Shown: positions 33,097 through 42,322, counted from the first letter of the stretch. The stretch: 53,423 bases of DNA from Candidatus Spyradocola merdavium (GCA_018711265.1 DVIM01000165.1:1-53423), one strand, 5' to 3'. Translations and numbers: made by a program. Notes: generated from the letters alone by a model not told the origin.

Positions 33097-34608
33097 ATGC
33101 CATTTTCCTTTGCACAGGCCACGCCCGAGAGCGTCGGCATTCCCTCCGACGCGATCCTGCGCTACGCGGACGCGCTGGAGGACCTCGCGCTGAGCCTGCA
33201 CTCGCTCACCGTCATCCGCCGCGGCGCGGTCGTCTTCGACGGGCAGTACAGCCCCATGACCAGCGGCCAGCCGCACAGGCTCTACTCCTGCTCCAAGTCC
33301 TTCGTCTCCCTGGCCGTGGGCATCCTCTGCGGCGAAGGGCGGCTGCGCCTCTCCGACCGCGTGGCGGACTTCTTCCCCGAGTACGACAAGGCGAAGATGC
33401 ACCCCTTCCTGCGGGAGACCACGGTGGAGGACCTGCTGCGCATGACCGACTGCCACGACGAGACCACCTACAACATGGACAAGGCCGAGCCGGACATGGA
33501 CTGGGTCCGCACCTATTTTGAGACGCCGCCCACCCACCGCGCGGGCACGGTCTTCCAGTACAACACGGCCTGCACGGTCATGCTCTCGGTGATCGTCGAG
33601 CGGATCACGGGCGCCTCGTTCCTGGAGACGCTCCGGCCCCGCGTGTTCGAGCCCATGGGCATGACAAAGGACATCCAGTGCGTGCGCACGCCCTGCGGCC
33701 ACGCCTGGGGCGGCAGCGGCGTGCTGGCCAGCGCGCAGGATTTGGCCAAGATGGCCTACCTCTGCATGCGCGGGGGCGAGATCGACGGGCGGCAGCTCCT
33801 GCCGAGGGAGTACGTGCGCCGCGCTACCTCCCGCCAGGTGGACAACGCCCTCTTCAGCGACGACGCGGAGCACCGCGCGGGCTATGGCTACCAGATCTGG
33901 CGCATCCGGCACAACGGCTTTGCGTTCCTGGGCATGGGCAGCCAGCAGGCCTTCTGCTTCCCGGACGAGGACCTGCTCGTCGTGCTCACGGGCGACACGC
34001 AGGACGTGCCCGCCGCCGCGCAAAACGAGCTGACGCTGCTCTTTTCCACGGTCTTCCCCGCGCTCTCCAAGGACCCCCTGCCCGAGAACCCGGAGGCGCT
34101 GCGCCGCCTCGCCGCGCGGCGCGAGAGCCTGACGCTCTACGCGGAGACCGGCGGCGGCTACTCGCCCTATGGCCAGCGGATGAGCGGGCGCACCTTCCGC
34201 TTCCCCGAAAACGCCCTGGGCTGGAAGTGGGCGCGCTTCGACTTCGACGGGGACGAGGGGTCCCTTTCCTACGAGAACGCCACGGGCCCCCACCGCGTCG
34301 CCTTCGCCTACGGCCGCAACGTCGGGCAGGCGTTTGACGAAACTTCCTATTATGCCATGGACATCGGGCACCCGGCCTACCGGCCCCTGCACGCCTTTGC
34401 CAGCGCCGGGTGGAAGGACCCGCACACGCTCCTGCTCCGGCTGTGCATCGCGGACGTCTGCTTCGGCACGCTCCGGCTCTGCTTCGTCTTCGACGGGCAG
34501 GAGCTGACCGTCGCCGGCCGCAAGAACGCGGAGTGGTTCTTCCGCGAGTACCAGGGCTTCGCCACCGGCCAGGCGGACCCCGCCACGGGCCGGGCGGACC
34601 CCGCCTAG
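33097..34608 (+). CDS. Serine hydrolase of the beta-lactamase/AmpC-like fold, 503 aa
   Basis: LYSCSKSF (SxxK), FQYN, GYGYQIW; AAGGAGG RBS. Confidence 0.88.
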   Translation: MPFSFAQATPESVGIPSDAILRYADALEDLALSLHSLTVIRRGAVVFDGQYSPMTSGQPHRLYSCSKSFVSLAVGILCGEGRLRLSDRVADFFPEYDKAKMHPFLRETTVEDLLRMTDCHDETTYNMDKAEPDMDWVRTYFETPPTHRAGTVFQYNTACTVMLSVIVERITGASFLETLRPRVFEPMGMTKDIQCVRTPCGHAWGGSGVLASAQDLAKMAYLCMRGGEIDGRQLLPREYVRRATSRQVDNALFSDDAEHRAGYGYQIWRIRHNGFAFLGMGSQQAFCFPDEDLLVVLTGDTQDVPAAAQNELTLLFSTVFPALSKDPLPENPEALRRLAARRESLTLYAETGGGYSPYGQRMSGRTFRFPENALGWKWARFDFDGDEGSLSYENATGPHRVAFAYGRNVGQAFDETSYYAMDIGHPAYRPLHAFASAGWKDPHTLLLRLCIADVCFGTLRLCFVFDGQELTVAGRKNAEWFFREYQGFATGQADPATGRADPA

Positions 34609-35558
34609 AGGGGGAAGTCCGCGAGGCGGTCGACGTTCTCCTGCGCGTACTCGATCTCCTTGGAGAGCAGGCGCAGCGCCTCCTGCGGGCTTTGGAAGGC
34701 CCCGCGCGCCAGCAGCGCGCGCGCCGCGCAGACGAACAGGACGAGCAGGCGCGCCTTGCCCAGCGCGTCGCCGTCGTAGGCGCACTTGAGGAACCAGCGG
34801 AAGAGCAGGTAGACCGCCGCGTGCTCCAGAACCCAGTCCGGGCAGGGCACGGCGTCCCCGCGCGCGGCGAGGCGGCGCGTCCAGTCCGCGTCGATGGGCG
34901 CAAGGCTCGCAAGGAGGGGGAGGAGCTCCGCCTCGCCGGGCAGGCGCTCCGCCTCAGGCGGGCAGTCCTCCGGGGCAAACCCGTCCAGCTCGTCCTGCAG
35001 GGCCCGCGCCGCGGCCAGAACTCGCCGCAGCCGGGCGTCCAGGGGGAGCGCGCGGTCCTGCAGGACCGCGCACAGCGAGCGCCGCGCCGAGACGAGGCGG
35101 GAGAGCAGCGCCTCCTCACAGGGAGGATCCTCCGCAGGCGCATCGTCCTCGGAGACGAGAAAGGTCAGGGGCGCGGAGTCCTGCAAGAGCAGGCGGCACG
35201 CCTCCTCGCAGCACAGGCCCACGCCCGTCTCCCGCCAGGCGCCGAACCACTCGGTAAAGCGCGGGTGCTCCCGGCAGATCTCGCACAGGGCCTCGGGACC
35301 CAGCGCCCGCTGCACGGCGCAGAGGTTGTCCGCGTCCAGCAGCGCGCAGCGGCCGCGGCCGTCCAGCGCAAAGTGCGCGCCGTCCGCGTCCGTTACAAGG
35401 CCCCGGCGCAGGCGCTCGCCGAGCGGGCCCGGGACCTGGGCGTAGCGGCGGCGGGACGCAGGGTCCACGTCGATCTCCCAGCCGATGCAGCAGTTGTCCG
35501 CGCAGGCCCCGGCCGTGCAGCGAAAGTCGTCGAAAAACCGCGGTTTGCAAACCCTCAT
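34605..35558 (-). CDS. FliB family protein (flagellin lysine N-methylase-like, Cys-rich), 317 aa
   Basis: FRCTAGACADNCCIGWEIDVD, CALLDADNLC, LCEICREHPR, LCCEEA, SKEIEY. Confidence 0.82.
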   Translation of the reverse strand: MRVCKPRFFDDFRCTAGACADNCCIGWEIDVDPASRRRYAQVPGPLGERLRRGLVTDADGAHFALDGRGRCALLDADNLCAVQRALGPEALCEICREHPRFTEWFGAWRETGVGLCCEEACRLLLQDSAPLTFLVSEDDAPAEDPPCEEALLSRLVSARRSLCAVLQDRALPLDARLRRVLAAARALQDELDGFAPEDCPPEAERLPGEAELLPLLASLAPIDADWTRRLAARGDAVPCPDWVLEHAAVYLLFRWFLKCAYDGDALGKARLLVLFVCAARALLARGAFQSPQEALRLLSKEIEYAQENVDRLADFPL

Positions 35559-35669
35559 GTTCCCAAATCCCCTTTGCAGATTCCCTTTGCTATAAATTGT
35601 ACCCCCTTCCCGCGCGGCGCGCAAGCGCGCAGGGGGAAGGGCGTGAAAAAGAAAAAGGAGGCCGTTTTC

Positions 35670-36581
35670 ATGATTCGCCAATCCGCTTTCACCGGCAGCG
35701 CGCCGCTCCTCAAGGGCGGCCTGCATTGTCACACCACGCGCTCCGACGGCAAGGGCACGCCGGAGGAGGTCATCCGCCTGCACAAGCAGAACGGCTATGA
35801 CTTCCTCGCCCTGACCGACCACCGCGTCTACAACTACGAGAACTTCGCGCCGGATGCGGACATCGTGATCGTGCCCGGCATGGAGATGGACCGCAACATC
35901 GAGGGCTTCCCGGGCGTGCACTGCTTCCACACGGTGTGCCTGGGAACCAAGGACTCCACCTATGCGCAGGAGCAGACCTTTCCCACCGGGCGCGTGAGCG
36001 GCCAGGAGGAGTTCCAGAAGGTGCTCGACGACCTGCACGCCGCCGGGCAGATGACGATCTACTGCCATCCGGAGTGGAGCAACACGCCGGCGCGGGAGTT
36101 CGACCAGCTGCGCGGCAACTTCGCCATGGAGATCTGGAACACGGGCTGCGCGCTGGAGAACGGCCTGGACACCAACGCCGCCTACTGGGACGAGCTGCTC
36201 ATGCAGGGCAAGAAGATCTACGGCGTCGCCACGGACGACGGGCACCACATGTACCACCACTGCAAGGGCTGGGTGCGCGTGAATGCGGAGCGGAACGCCG
36301 GGGCAATCCTCGCGGCCCTGGGCGCGGGCGCGTTCTATTCCTCCTGCGGGCCGGAGATCCATGACTTCTACGTGGAGGACGGCGTCGCGGTCGTGACCTG
36401 CTCGCCCTGCGCGGAGATCGTCTTCCGCTGCGGCCAGTACCCCTGCCCGCGCATCTCCTCGCGCGAAGGGGACCTCACGCGCCACGAGTTCGCCCTTCCC
36501 GAGTACCTGGACTACATCCGCGCCGTCGTGCGCGACAAGGAAGGACGCCGGGCCTGGACCAACCCCATCTTCCTGCGCTGA
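35670..36581 (+). CDS. PHP-domain metallohydrolase (CehA/McbA-like), 303 aa
   Basis: KGGLHCHTTRSDG, LTDH, CHP, TDDGH, AWTNPI. Confidence 0.85.
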   Translation: MIRQSAFTGSAPLLKGGLHCHTTRSDGKGTPEEVIRLHKQNGYDFLALTDHRVYNYENFAPDADIVIVPGMEMDRNIEGFPGVHCFHTVCLGTKDSTYAQEQTFPTGRVSGQEEFQKVLDDLHAAGQMTIYCHPEWSNTPAREFDQLRGNFAMEIWNTGCALENGLDTNAAYWDELLMQGKKIYGVATDDGHHMYHHCKGWVRVNAERNAGAILAALGAGAFYSSCGPEIHDFYVEDGVAVVTCSPCAEIVFRCGQYPCPRISSREGDLTRHEFALPEYLDYIRAVVRDKEGRRAWTNPIFLR

Positions 36582-36624
36582 GGGCGAACCCCGGAAAAAA
36601 ATCCCGCGCGCCCGAAAAAATGCC

Positions 36625-36652
36625 TTGACAAAATTCCGCCGCCGTGTATAAT
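36625..36652 (+). promoter_or_regulatory. Sigma-A promoter of tRNA-Leu
   Basis: TTGACA-16 nt-TATAAT. Confidence 0.8.
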
Positions 36653-36667
36653 AGATTCTGTTCCTAC

Positions 36668-36750
36668 GCGAGGGTGGCGGAACTGGCAGACGCGCACGTT
36701 TGAGGGGCGTGTGGGCAACCATACGGGTTCAAGTCCCGTCCTTCGCACCA
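36668..36750 (+). tRNA. tRNA-Leu(GAG)
   Basis: GCGAGGGTGGCGGAACTGGCAGACGCG-CACGT TTGAGGG GCGTG-variable arm-ACGGGTTCAAGTCCCGT CCTTCGCACCA. Confidence 0.97.
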
Positions 36751-36755
36751 ATGGA

Positions 36756-36798
36756 AAAGAAGCTGTACAGCAAAAAACGCTGTACAGCTTCTTTTTTT
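36756..36798. terminator. Bidirectional terminator after tRNA-Leu
   Basis: AAAAGAAGCTGTACAGC-aaaaaac-GCTGTACAGCTTCTTTTTT. Confidence 0.88.
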
Positions 36799-36843
36799 GC
36801 AATTCCCGGCGCTTGGAGCACCTTCCAAGCGCCGGGGAGAAAC

Positions 36844-37545
36844 TCAGCGCGCGCCCGCCGGCCGCCTGCGCTGCTCCCCGCGCTGGGCGCACCGCTGCAG
36901 CAGGTACCCGGCGAGGACCCACAGCGCCAGGATGCAGAACAGCTCGCCCAGGACCTGCAGGGCGGACGCCTCGTAATCGAGGAAGGCGAACTCCGTCCGC
37001 AGGAAAAGATAGGAAGGAATTCCCTGGCGCAGGACGCAGAACAGGCCCGCGCCCGCAAGGAGCGCCGCGCCCAGGCGCAGGCCGTTCCGCCCCCACGCGG
37101 GCAGCGGCCGGCCGCGGCGCAGCGCCTTGCGCCCGAGAGACAGGAACGCGCCCCAGTGCGCCCCCAGGTGCAGGCCGACGAGCAGGAGGCTCCAATAGCC
37201 GCAGGCCAGGTGGAGCAGCCGCGCCGCGGACGTGGGCAGCGGCAGGTCGAGGAACGGCAGCGCGCTGCGGGACATGGCGATCCCGCTGACCATCTGCGCC
37301 AGCATGCTCACCAGCACCAGGGCGTCCAGCACCGTGGAGAGGATGCGCGGGGCGGAGTACCGCCCCTTGCCCAGGGCGCGGAACCAGGAGAGGTTCAGCA
37401 GGTGGTGCAGGACGAACAGGGCGAAAAAGCCGATCCCCAGCCACTCGTGGACCGCCTGGTCCGTGAGCACATAGGCCATCAGCAGCAGGAGGGCGGCCGT
37501 CATCAGCAGGTCGACGGCGTGCCGCAGGGCGGGTTTATGCTTCAT
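36844..37545 (-). CDS. DUF4405-like membrane protein with intramembrane His residues, 233 aa
   Basis: VHEWLG, LHHLLN, SGIAMS, LHLACGYW, GLHLGAHW. Confidence 0.8.
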   Translation of the reverse strand: MKHKPALRHAVDLLMTAALLLLMAYVLTDQAVHEWLGIGFFALFVLHHLLNLSWFRALGKGRYSAPRILSTVLDALVLVSMLAQMVSGIAMSRSALPFLDLPLPTSAARLLHLACGYWSLLLVGLHLGAHWGAFLSLGRKALRRGRPLPAWGRNGLRLGAALLAGAGLFCVLRQGIPSYLFLRTEFAFLDYEASALQVLGELFCILALWVLAGYLLQRCAQRGEQRRRPAGAR

Positions 37546-38053
37546 CGCGGCATCCCCCTTCCAGGCGGTCCGGCGCAAGACCGATCTGCGCTAGCCAGCG
37601 GTCGATCGCGGGCCCCGCGGCGGAAACCTCGTCCCCGCGCAGGGAGAGCAGCGGGAGCACCTCGCACCCGGCGCACAGGCGCGCAAGGTCCGCGGCGATG
37701 CGCCCCGCGCCGCCCCCGCCGTGCGTGCAGAAGGGCGCGATGCGCAGGCCCTGCGGCAGGGCTTGGCGCAGGAAGGACTGCAGGGGCGGCGCCATCGTGC
37801 CGCACCAATTCGGCGTGCCCAGAAAGAGCGCCTCGCAGCCGGACAGGTCCAGGGACAGCGGGCGCAGCGCCGGGCAGATGCCCTGGCGGATTTCCCGGCC
37901 GGCCTGGCGGACGGTCTGGGCGTAGTCGGCGGGGTAGGGGGAGACGGGTTCCAGCTCCACAAGGTCCGCCCCCGCCCGCTCGGCGAGCAGGCGCGCGGCC
38001 CGCCGCGTGTTGCCGGACCAGGAGTAGAAGAGGACAAGGCGCGTCTTGTTCAC
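37535..38053 (-). CDS. Flavodoxin, 172 aa
   Basis: FYSWSGNTRRAA, LGTPNWCG, PFCTHGGGG; GTG after AAGGAGG. Confidence 0.88.
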   Translation of the reverse strand: MNKTRLVLFYSWSGNTRRAARLLAERAGADLVELEPVSPYPADYAQTVRQAGREIRQGICPALRPLSLDLSGCEALFLGTPNWCGTMAPPLQSFLRQALPQGLRIAPFCTHGGGGAGRIAADLARLCAGCEVLPLLSLRGDEVSAAGPAIDRWLAQIGLAPDRLEGGCRDEA

Positions 38054-38172
38054 GGAATAAACCCTCCTTTTCTCCCCATTGTAGGGCACGCGGCGGAAAA
38101 AGTCCAATGCCCATTTCCAATGCGTTTCCATATCCCGGACGAATCCGGGCGGGCGCAGCGACGGGACGCGGA

Positions 38173-39411
38173 TCAGGCGCGCGTCTTGCAGGACGAGCAC
38201 TTGCCGGAGCAGGCCCAGAGCGCGTCCGCCACCGGCGCCCAGTTTTCCGCCGCGCGCTCGCACTTTCCGGCGAGCGCGTCGACATCCTCCGGGCTCTCCA
38301 GGTCCGTGGAGTGCGCGCCGGTGGCGTGCACCATGGATTGCAGCGCGCGCGGGTTGTCCAGGAGCGGACAGGGGCGCAAGGGGTTGTCGTTGAGAGGCTG
38401 GCCCGCGTGGTAGGCGCGGAACAGCGGCGACTGCAGCGCCTCGAGAATCGTCTTGTCCCGGATGTTGGAGTCCGAGTAGTGGATGAAGGCGCAGGGCTCG
38501 ATGTCGCCGTTGGCGTTGATGTGCAGGTAGCGCCGTCCGCCCGCGACGCAGCCGCCCGCGTACTCGCCGTCGTTCCAGAAGTCCATGGTGAAGATGGGCT
38601 TTGCGGCGCGGAACGCGCGCACCTGCTCGTACAGGAAGCGGCGCTGCTCGGGCGTGACCATCAGGTCCGGCACCGCGTCGCTGCCCACGGGCATGTAGGT
38701 GAAGAACCAGCAGAACTTCGCGCCCCAGGCGATCATCTGGTCAAAGTACGCCTCGCTGCCGATGACCTCCACGTTTTGACGGGTGTAGCAGCAGGAGATG
38801 CCAAAGGGCAGCTTCCGCTCGCGCAGCAGAGCCATGGCGCGCTCCACGCGGCGGAACGTGCCCGCGCCGCGGCGGGAATCCGTCGCCTCCTCAAAGCCCT
38901 CGACGGAGATGGCGGGGAGGAAGTTCTTGACGCGCAGCATCTCGTCGGCAAAGGCCTCGTCGATGAGGGTGCCGTTGGTGAAGGCGGAAAACTCGCAGTC
39001 CGGGTGCGCCTGGCAGAGGCGCAGGATGTCCGCCTTGCGCACGAGCGGCTCGCCGCCGGAGAAGAGGTAGAAGTGGATGCCCAGCTCCCTGCCCTGGCGG
39101 AGGATGTCCTCCAGCTCCGCATAGCTGAGATTGAGCCGATTGCCGTACTCCGCCGCCCAGCAGCCTGTGCAGTGTAGGTTGCAGGCGGAGGTGGGGTCGA
39201 TGAGCATCGTCCAGGGGATGTTGCAGTTGTACTTGCGGCGCAGCTCGTCGTTCCGCTCGCTCTGCAGGAACGAGCCGTTCAGGGCGAAGTTCTCAAAGAG
39301 CGCGCGCCGCACGCCGGCGCCGATGCCGTCCCAGAGGCGCAGGACGAAGCGGTTCCAGTTGTTGTCCGGGTCCGCCAGGCCTTCTTTGATGCCCCGGATC
39401 ACCCCGTCCAT
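38173..39411 (-). CDS. Radical SAM enzyme with a SPASM/Twitch-like C-terminus; native N-terminus appears damaged
   Basis: DPTSACNLHCTGCWAAEY (CxxxCxxC), FSGGEP, FTNGT, GCVAGGRRYLHINANGDIEPC; start codon uncertain. Confidence 0.88.
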   Translation of the reverse strand: MDGVIRGIKEGLADPDNNWNRFVLRLWDGIGAGVRRALFENFALNGSFLQSERNDELRRKYNCNIPWTMLIDPTSACNLHCTGCWAAEYGNRLNLSYAELEDILRQGRELGIHFYLFSGGEPLVRKADILRLCQAHPDCEFSAFTNGTLIDEAFADEMLRVKNFLPAISVEGFEEATDSRRGAGTFRRVERAMALLRERKLPFGISCCYTRQNVEVIGSEAYFDQMIAWGAKFCWFFTYMPVGSDAVPDLMVTPEQRRFLYEQVRAFRAAKPIFTMDFWNDGEYAGGCVAGGRRYLHINANGDIEPCAFIHYSDSNIRDKTILEALQSPLFRAYHAGQPLNDNPLRPCPLLDNPRALQSMVHATGAHSTDLESPEDVDALAGKCERAAENWAPVADALWACSGKCSSCKTRA

Positions 39412-39487
39412 GTCGCTCCCCGCGGGTCCTTGTCCACGTAGTCGGATACGGTCCGCAGGCCCGCGGCCCCGCGCGTGCCATGCAGCC

Positions 39488-39546
39488 ATCCTAGGGCGAG
39501 GCCGTTTCCGGTTTGTTTGCATTCTGTTTGGGAAGTGTGAATCCGC
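39488..39546 (-). promoter_or_regulatory. Phased-repeat promoter 1 (radical SAM gene)
   Basis: Minus strand TTCAC-6-CAAAC-6-CAAAC-6-GAAAC-10-TAGGAT. Confidence 0.7.
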
Positions 39547-39558
39547 GGGAGCTGTGCA

Positions 39559-39612
39559 TTCATTCCCCGCAAACCCTTTGGCAATCCAATCGAAACAAAC
39601 CCCGTCTATACT
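39559..39612 (+). promoter_or_regulatory. Phased-repeat promoter 2 (secreted-protein gene)
   Basis: TTCAT-6-CAAAC-6-GCAAT-6-GAAAC-10-TATACT. Confidence 0.7.
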
Positions 39613-39687
39613 TGCAGGCGTCGTCGGGAGCGGCAGGGCCTGTGCAGCGCCCGCGGCCCGAAATCTGCGAATGCAAGGAGGAAAAAC

Positions 39688-40164
39688 ATGAAGAACCCCT
39701 GGAGGACCGCCATCTGCGCGCTGCTCCTATGCGGAGCCTTTGCCCTGGGCGGCCTCCCCGCGCAGGCCGCCGGGGCCGCACCGGCCATGGAGGCCGCACC
39801 GGCCTCGGGGGCCGCTGCGGTCCCTGCGGAAATCACCTGGCCTGCGCACTACCGGATGTACCGCCGCGGCCTGGACGGCGCGCAGCGGGCCGCGCCCCGG
39901 CTGCGGGAGCGGGCCCAGTGCGTGGGCGAGCAGGAGGTCGCCGGCCGGACCGGCCTGGTCTATACCTGCGCGCGCAGCTTCCTGGGCTTCACCTGGACGC
40001 GCACGATGATCGTCGACGAGCAGACGGGCCTGTGCCTGGCCTGGCGCGCGCAGAGCGCAATCGGCGACTACAGCCTCTCCGACGGCGCGGGCGACTTCCT
40101 CTGCACGGACTTTGTGACGCAGGACGTCGCGCTGCCCTTGTCCCTGGAGGGACAGACCGCGTAG
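39688..40164 (+). CDS. Hypothetical secreted protein, 158 aa
   Basis: AAGGAGG RBS; signal peptide ending AQA; beta-rich GEQEVAGRTG..MIVDEQTGLCL (LolA-like pattern, tentative). Confidence 0.7.
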   Translation: MKNPWRTAICALLLCGAFALGGLPAQAAGAAPAMEAAPASGAAAVPAEITWPAHYRMYRRGLDGAQRAAPRLRERAQCVGEQEVAGRTGLVYTCARSFLGFTWTRTMIVDEQTGLCLAWRAQSAIGDYSLSDGAGDFLCTDFVTQDVALPLSLEGQTA

Positions 40165-40175
40165 GGCGCGGCGGA

Positions 40176-40229
40176 TTCACAATTCGCAAACAAAACCGCA
40201 GGGATTCGCAAACCCTCGCGGCGCAGAAT
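40176..40229 (+). promoter_or_regulatory. Phased-repeat promoter 3 (79-aa gene)
   Basis: TTCAC-6-CAAAC-6-gcagg-6-CAAAC-10-CAGAAT. Confidence 0.7.
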
Positions 40230-40264
40230 TCCAGAAGACCGAGAACGGAAAGGAGCAAACCAAA

Positions 40265-40504
40265 ATGTCTTTTGAAACCTGGAAGCGCACGAACGAGAAG
40301 ATCGAAAAGAAGGTCGTGGACGGATACAAGAAGATCGAGGACACCGTGGTCGGCGGGTTTGAAAAGGTGAGCGACGGCTTTGTGGAGCGCCTCTTTGCCC
40401 GCGAGGGCGAGAGCGTCGGGCAGGCCAAGGAGCGCCTGGCCAGGCAGGCGGCCGCCCAGCGCGGCGCAGATCCCGTGGGGAAGAAACCGGGGGACGCGCT
40501 TTAA
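40265..40504 (+). CDS. Small protein with 11-residue amphipathic repeats, 79 aa
   Basis: AAGGAG RBS; KIEKKVVDGYK/KIEDTVVGGFE/KVSDGFVERLF. Confidence 0.8.
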   Translation: MSFETWKRTNEKIEKKVVDGYKKIEDTVVGGFEKVSDGFVERLFAREGESVGQAKERLARQAAAQRGADPVGKKPGDAL

Positions 40505-40554
40505 CAAAACAGAAACAAATCTCCAACATACCGCAAACGAAGCGCCGGTATACT
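40501..40554 (+). promoter_or_regulatory. Phased-repeat promoter 4 (two-component operon, autoregulatory position)
   Basis: TTAAC-6-GAAAC-6-CCAAC-6-CAAAC-10-TATACT. Confidence 0.7.
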
Positions 40555-40583
40555 GGCCGTGCATCGCAGGGGGAGGAGAGAGC

Positions 40584-41255
40584 ATGATTCACATTCTGGT
40601 CGTGGACGACGATCCGGAGCTGAACCGGGCGGTCTGCACATATCTGAACGACTCCGGCTTTACGGCGACCGGCTGCCTCGGGGGCAACGACGCCTGCCAG
40701 GAGATGTACAATAAGCACTACGACCTGATCATCTCAGACATCATGATGCCGGGCGTGGACGGGTTCGAATTTGCGCGCGCGGTGCGGCGGGTGAACGGGC
40801 ACATCCCGATCCTGTTCATGTCCGCGCGCGACGACATGCCCGCCAAGCGCCGCGGCTTTCAGCTGGGCATTGACGACTACATGGTCAAGCCCATCGAGCT
40901 GGACGAGCTGCTCATGCGCGTGCGCGCGCTGCTGCGCCGGGCCAACATCGAGGCCACGCACAAGCTGACCCACGGCAACCTGGTCCTGGACGCGGACGCC
41001 GTCTCCGCCGTGGTGGACGGCCGGGAGGTGCCCGTGACCATGCGGGAGTTCAACATCCTGTTCAAGCTCCTCTCCTATCCGAACAAGACCTTCACCCGGG
41101 CCCAGCTGATGGACGAGTTCTGGGGCATGGAGAGCGAGAGCACGCTGCGGGCGGTGGACGTCTACATCACCAAGCTGCGCGACAAGTTCTCCGGGTGCAC
41201 GGGCTTTTCGATCGCGACGGTCCGCGGCCTGGGCTACAAGGCGGTGCTCAAATGA
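40584..41255 (+). CDS. OmpR-family response regulator (HssR-like), 223 aa
   Basis: LVVDDD, SDIMMPGVDG, DDYMVKP, LLSYPNKTFTRAQL, VDVYITKLR, TVRGLGYK. Confidence 0.93.
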   Translation: MIHILVVDDDPELNRAVCTYLNDSGFTATGCLGGNDACQEMYNKHYDLIISDIMMPGVDGFEFARAVRRVNGHIPILFMSARDDMPAKRRGFQLGIDDYMVKPIELDELLMRVRALLRRANIEATHKLTHGNLVLDADAVSAVVDGREVPVTMREFNILFKLLSYPNKTFTRAQLMDEFWGMESESTLRAVDVYITKLRDKFSGCTGFSIATVRGLGYKAVLK

Positions 41256-42322
41256 GTCCGCTGCCCAAGTACTTTGACGGCATCCGCCTGCCACGGTACG
41301 TGTTCTTCCTCTCGCTGGGGTGCCTGATGCTCTTCAGCGGCGTGCACGTGGGGCTGATCCTGCTGCTCTACCGGCTGGGGTGCAGCGACATCGTGCTGGT
41401 GCACCTGGTGCTGCTGTACTGGGTGCTCGTGACTGTGGGCCTTACGAAGTACATCCAGTGGTATACGCGCAGGTTCTACGAGAAGCCCATCCGCCGCATC
41501 GCCGAGGCCGCGGGCAAGGTCGCGGGCGGGGACTTTTCCGTCTACCTTCCGCCCGTGCACACGCCGGACCACCTGGACTGCCTGGACGCCCTGACGGAGG
41601 ACTTCAACCGCATGGTCGAGGCGCTCGGCTCCATCGAGACGCTCAAGACCGAGTTCTTCTCCAACGTCTCCCACGAGATCAAGACGCCCATCGCGGTGAT
41701 CCTGAACACCGCGGAGCTCCTGCGCGGGGCGGACCTTGGCGCGCCGGAGAGCCAGGAACACGTCGAAACGATCCTCCGCGCCTCCAAGCGCCTGTCCACG
41801 CTGATCACGGACATCCTCAAGCTCAACAAGCTGGAAAAGCAGACCATCTCCCCCCAGCCCGAGGCGTACGACCTGTGCGCGCAGCTTTGCGAGTGCGCGT
41901 TGCAGTTCGAGGACCTGTGGGAGAAGAAGGGCGTCGAGTTCGAGGCGGATTTGGAGGACGAGCGGCCGGTGCGCCTGGACGCGGGGCTGATGGAGCTGGT
42001 GTGGACAAACCTGCTCTCCAACGCGTTCAAGTTCACGCCGCCGGGCGGAACCGTGACCCTCGCCGAGCGCAGGACGGAGGAAGGCGTCGTCGTGCGCGTT
42101 TCGGACACGGGCTGCGGCATGGACGCGGAAACCGCCGCGCGCGTGTTTGAGAAGTTCTACCAGGGCGACACCTCCCACGCCACCGAGGGCAACGGCCTGG
42201 GGCTCGCGCTGGTCAAGCGCGCGCTGGAGATGATGGACTGCACCGTCGCCGTGCAGAGCGCGCCGGGCGAGGGCACGACCTTTGCGGTGACCATTCCGGC
42301 AGAAGAAAGGGAAATGACATGA
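41252..42322 (+). CDS. HAMP sensor histidine kinase with two closely spaced TMs (intramembrane-sensing type), 356 aa
   Basis: NVSHEIKTP, NLLSNAFKF, DTGCGM, FYQGD..GNGLGLA; very short loop between the TMs. Confidence 0.92.
   Translation: MSPLPKYFDGIRLPRYVFFLSLGCLMLFSGVHVGLILLLYRLGCSDIVLVHLVLLYWVLVTVGLTKYIQWYTRRFYEKPIRRIAEAAGKVAGGDFSVYLPPVHTPDHLDCLDALTEDFNRMVEALGSIETLKTEFFSNVSHEIKTPIAVILNTAELLRGADLGAPESQEHVETILRASKRLSTLITDILKLNKLEKQTISPQPEAYDLCAQLCECALQFEDLWEKKGVEFEADLEDERPVRLDAGLMELVWTNLLSNAFKFTPPGGTVTLAERRTEEGVVVRVSDTGCGMDAETAARVFEKFYQGDTSHATEGNGLGLALVKRALEMMDCTVAVQSAPGEGTTFAVTIPAEEREMT

Noticed and set aside
34561-34602. 21-bp tandem duplication (ATGQADP/ATGRADP) at the serine hydrolase 3' end
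   Set aside because: Two imperfect copies in a terminal tail; likely neutral slippage.
33097-34608. Beta-lactamase resistance gene
   Set aside because: SxxK fold only; no signal peptide and an extra C-terminal domain, more typical of cytoplasmic esterases/amidases.
38173-39411. Radical SAM enzyme as the GRE activase or a RiPP maturase
   Set aside because: Lacks the GRE-activase GCxLxCxWCxNP pattern, lies 21 kb from the GRE, and has no adjacent precursor peptide or RRE domain that I can see.
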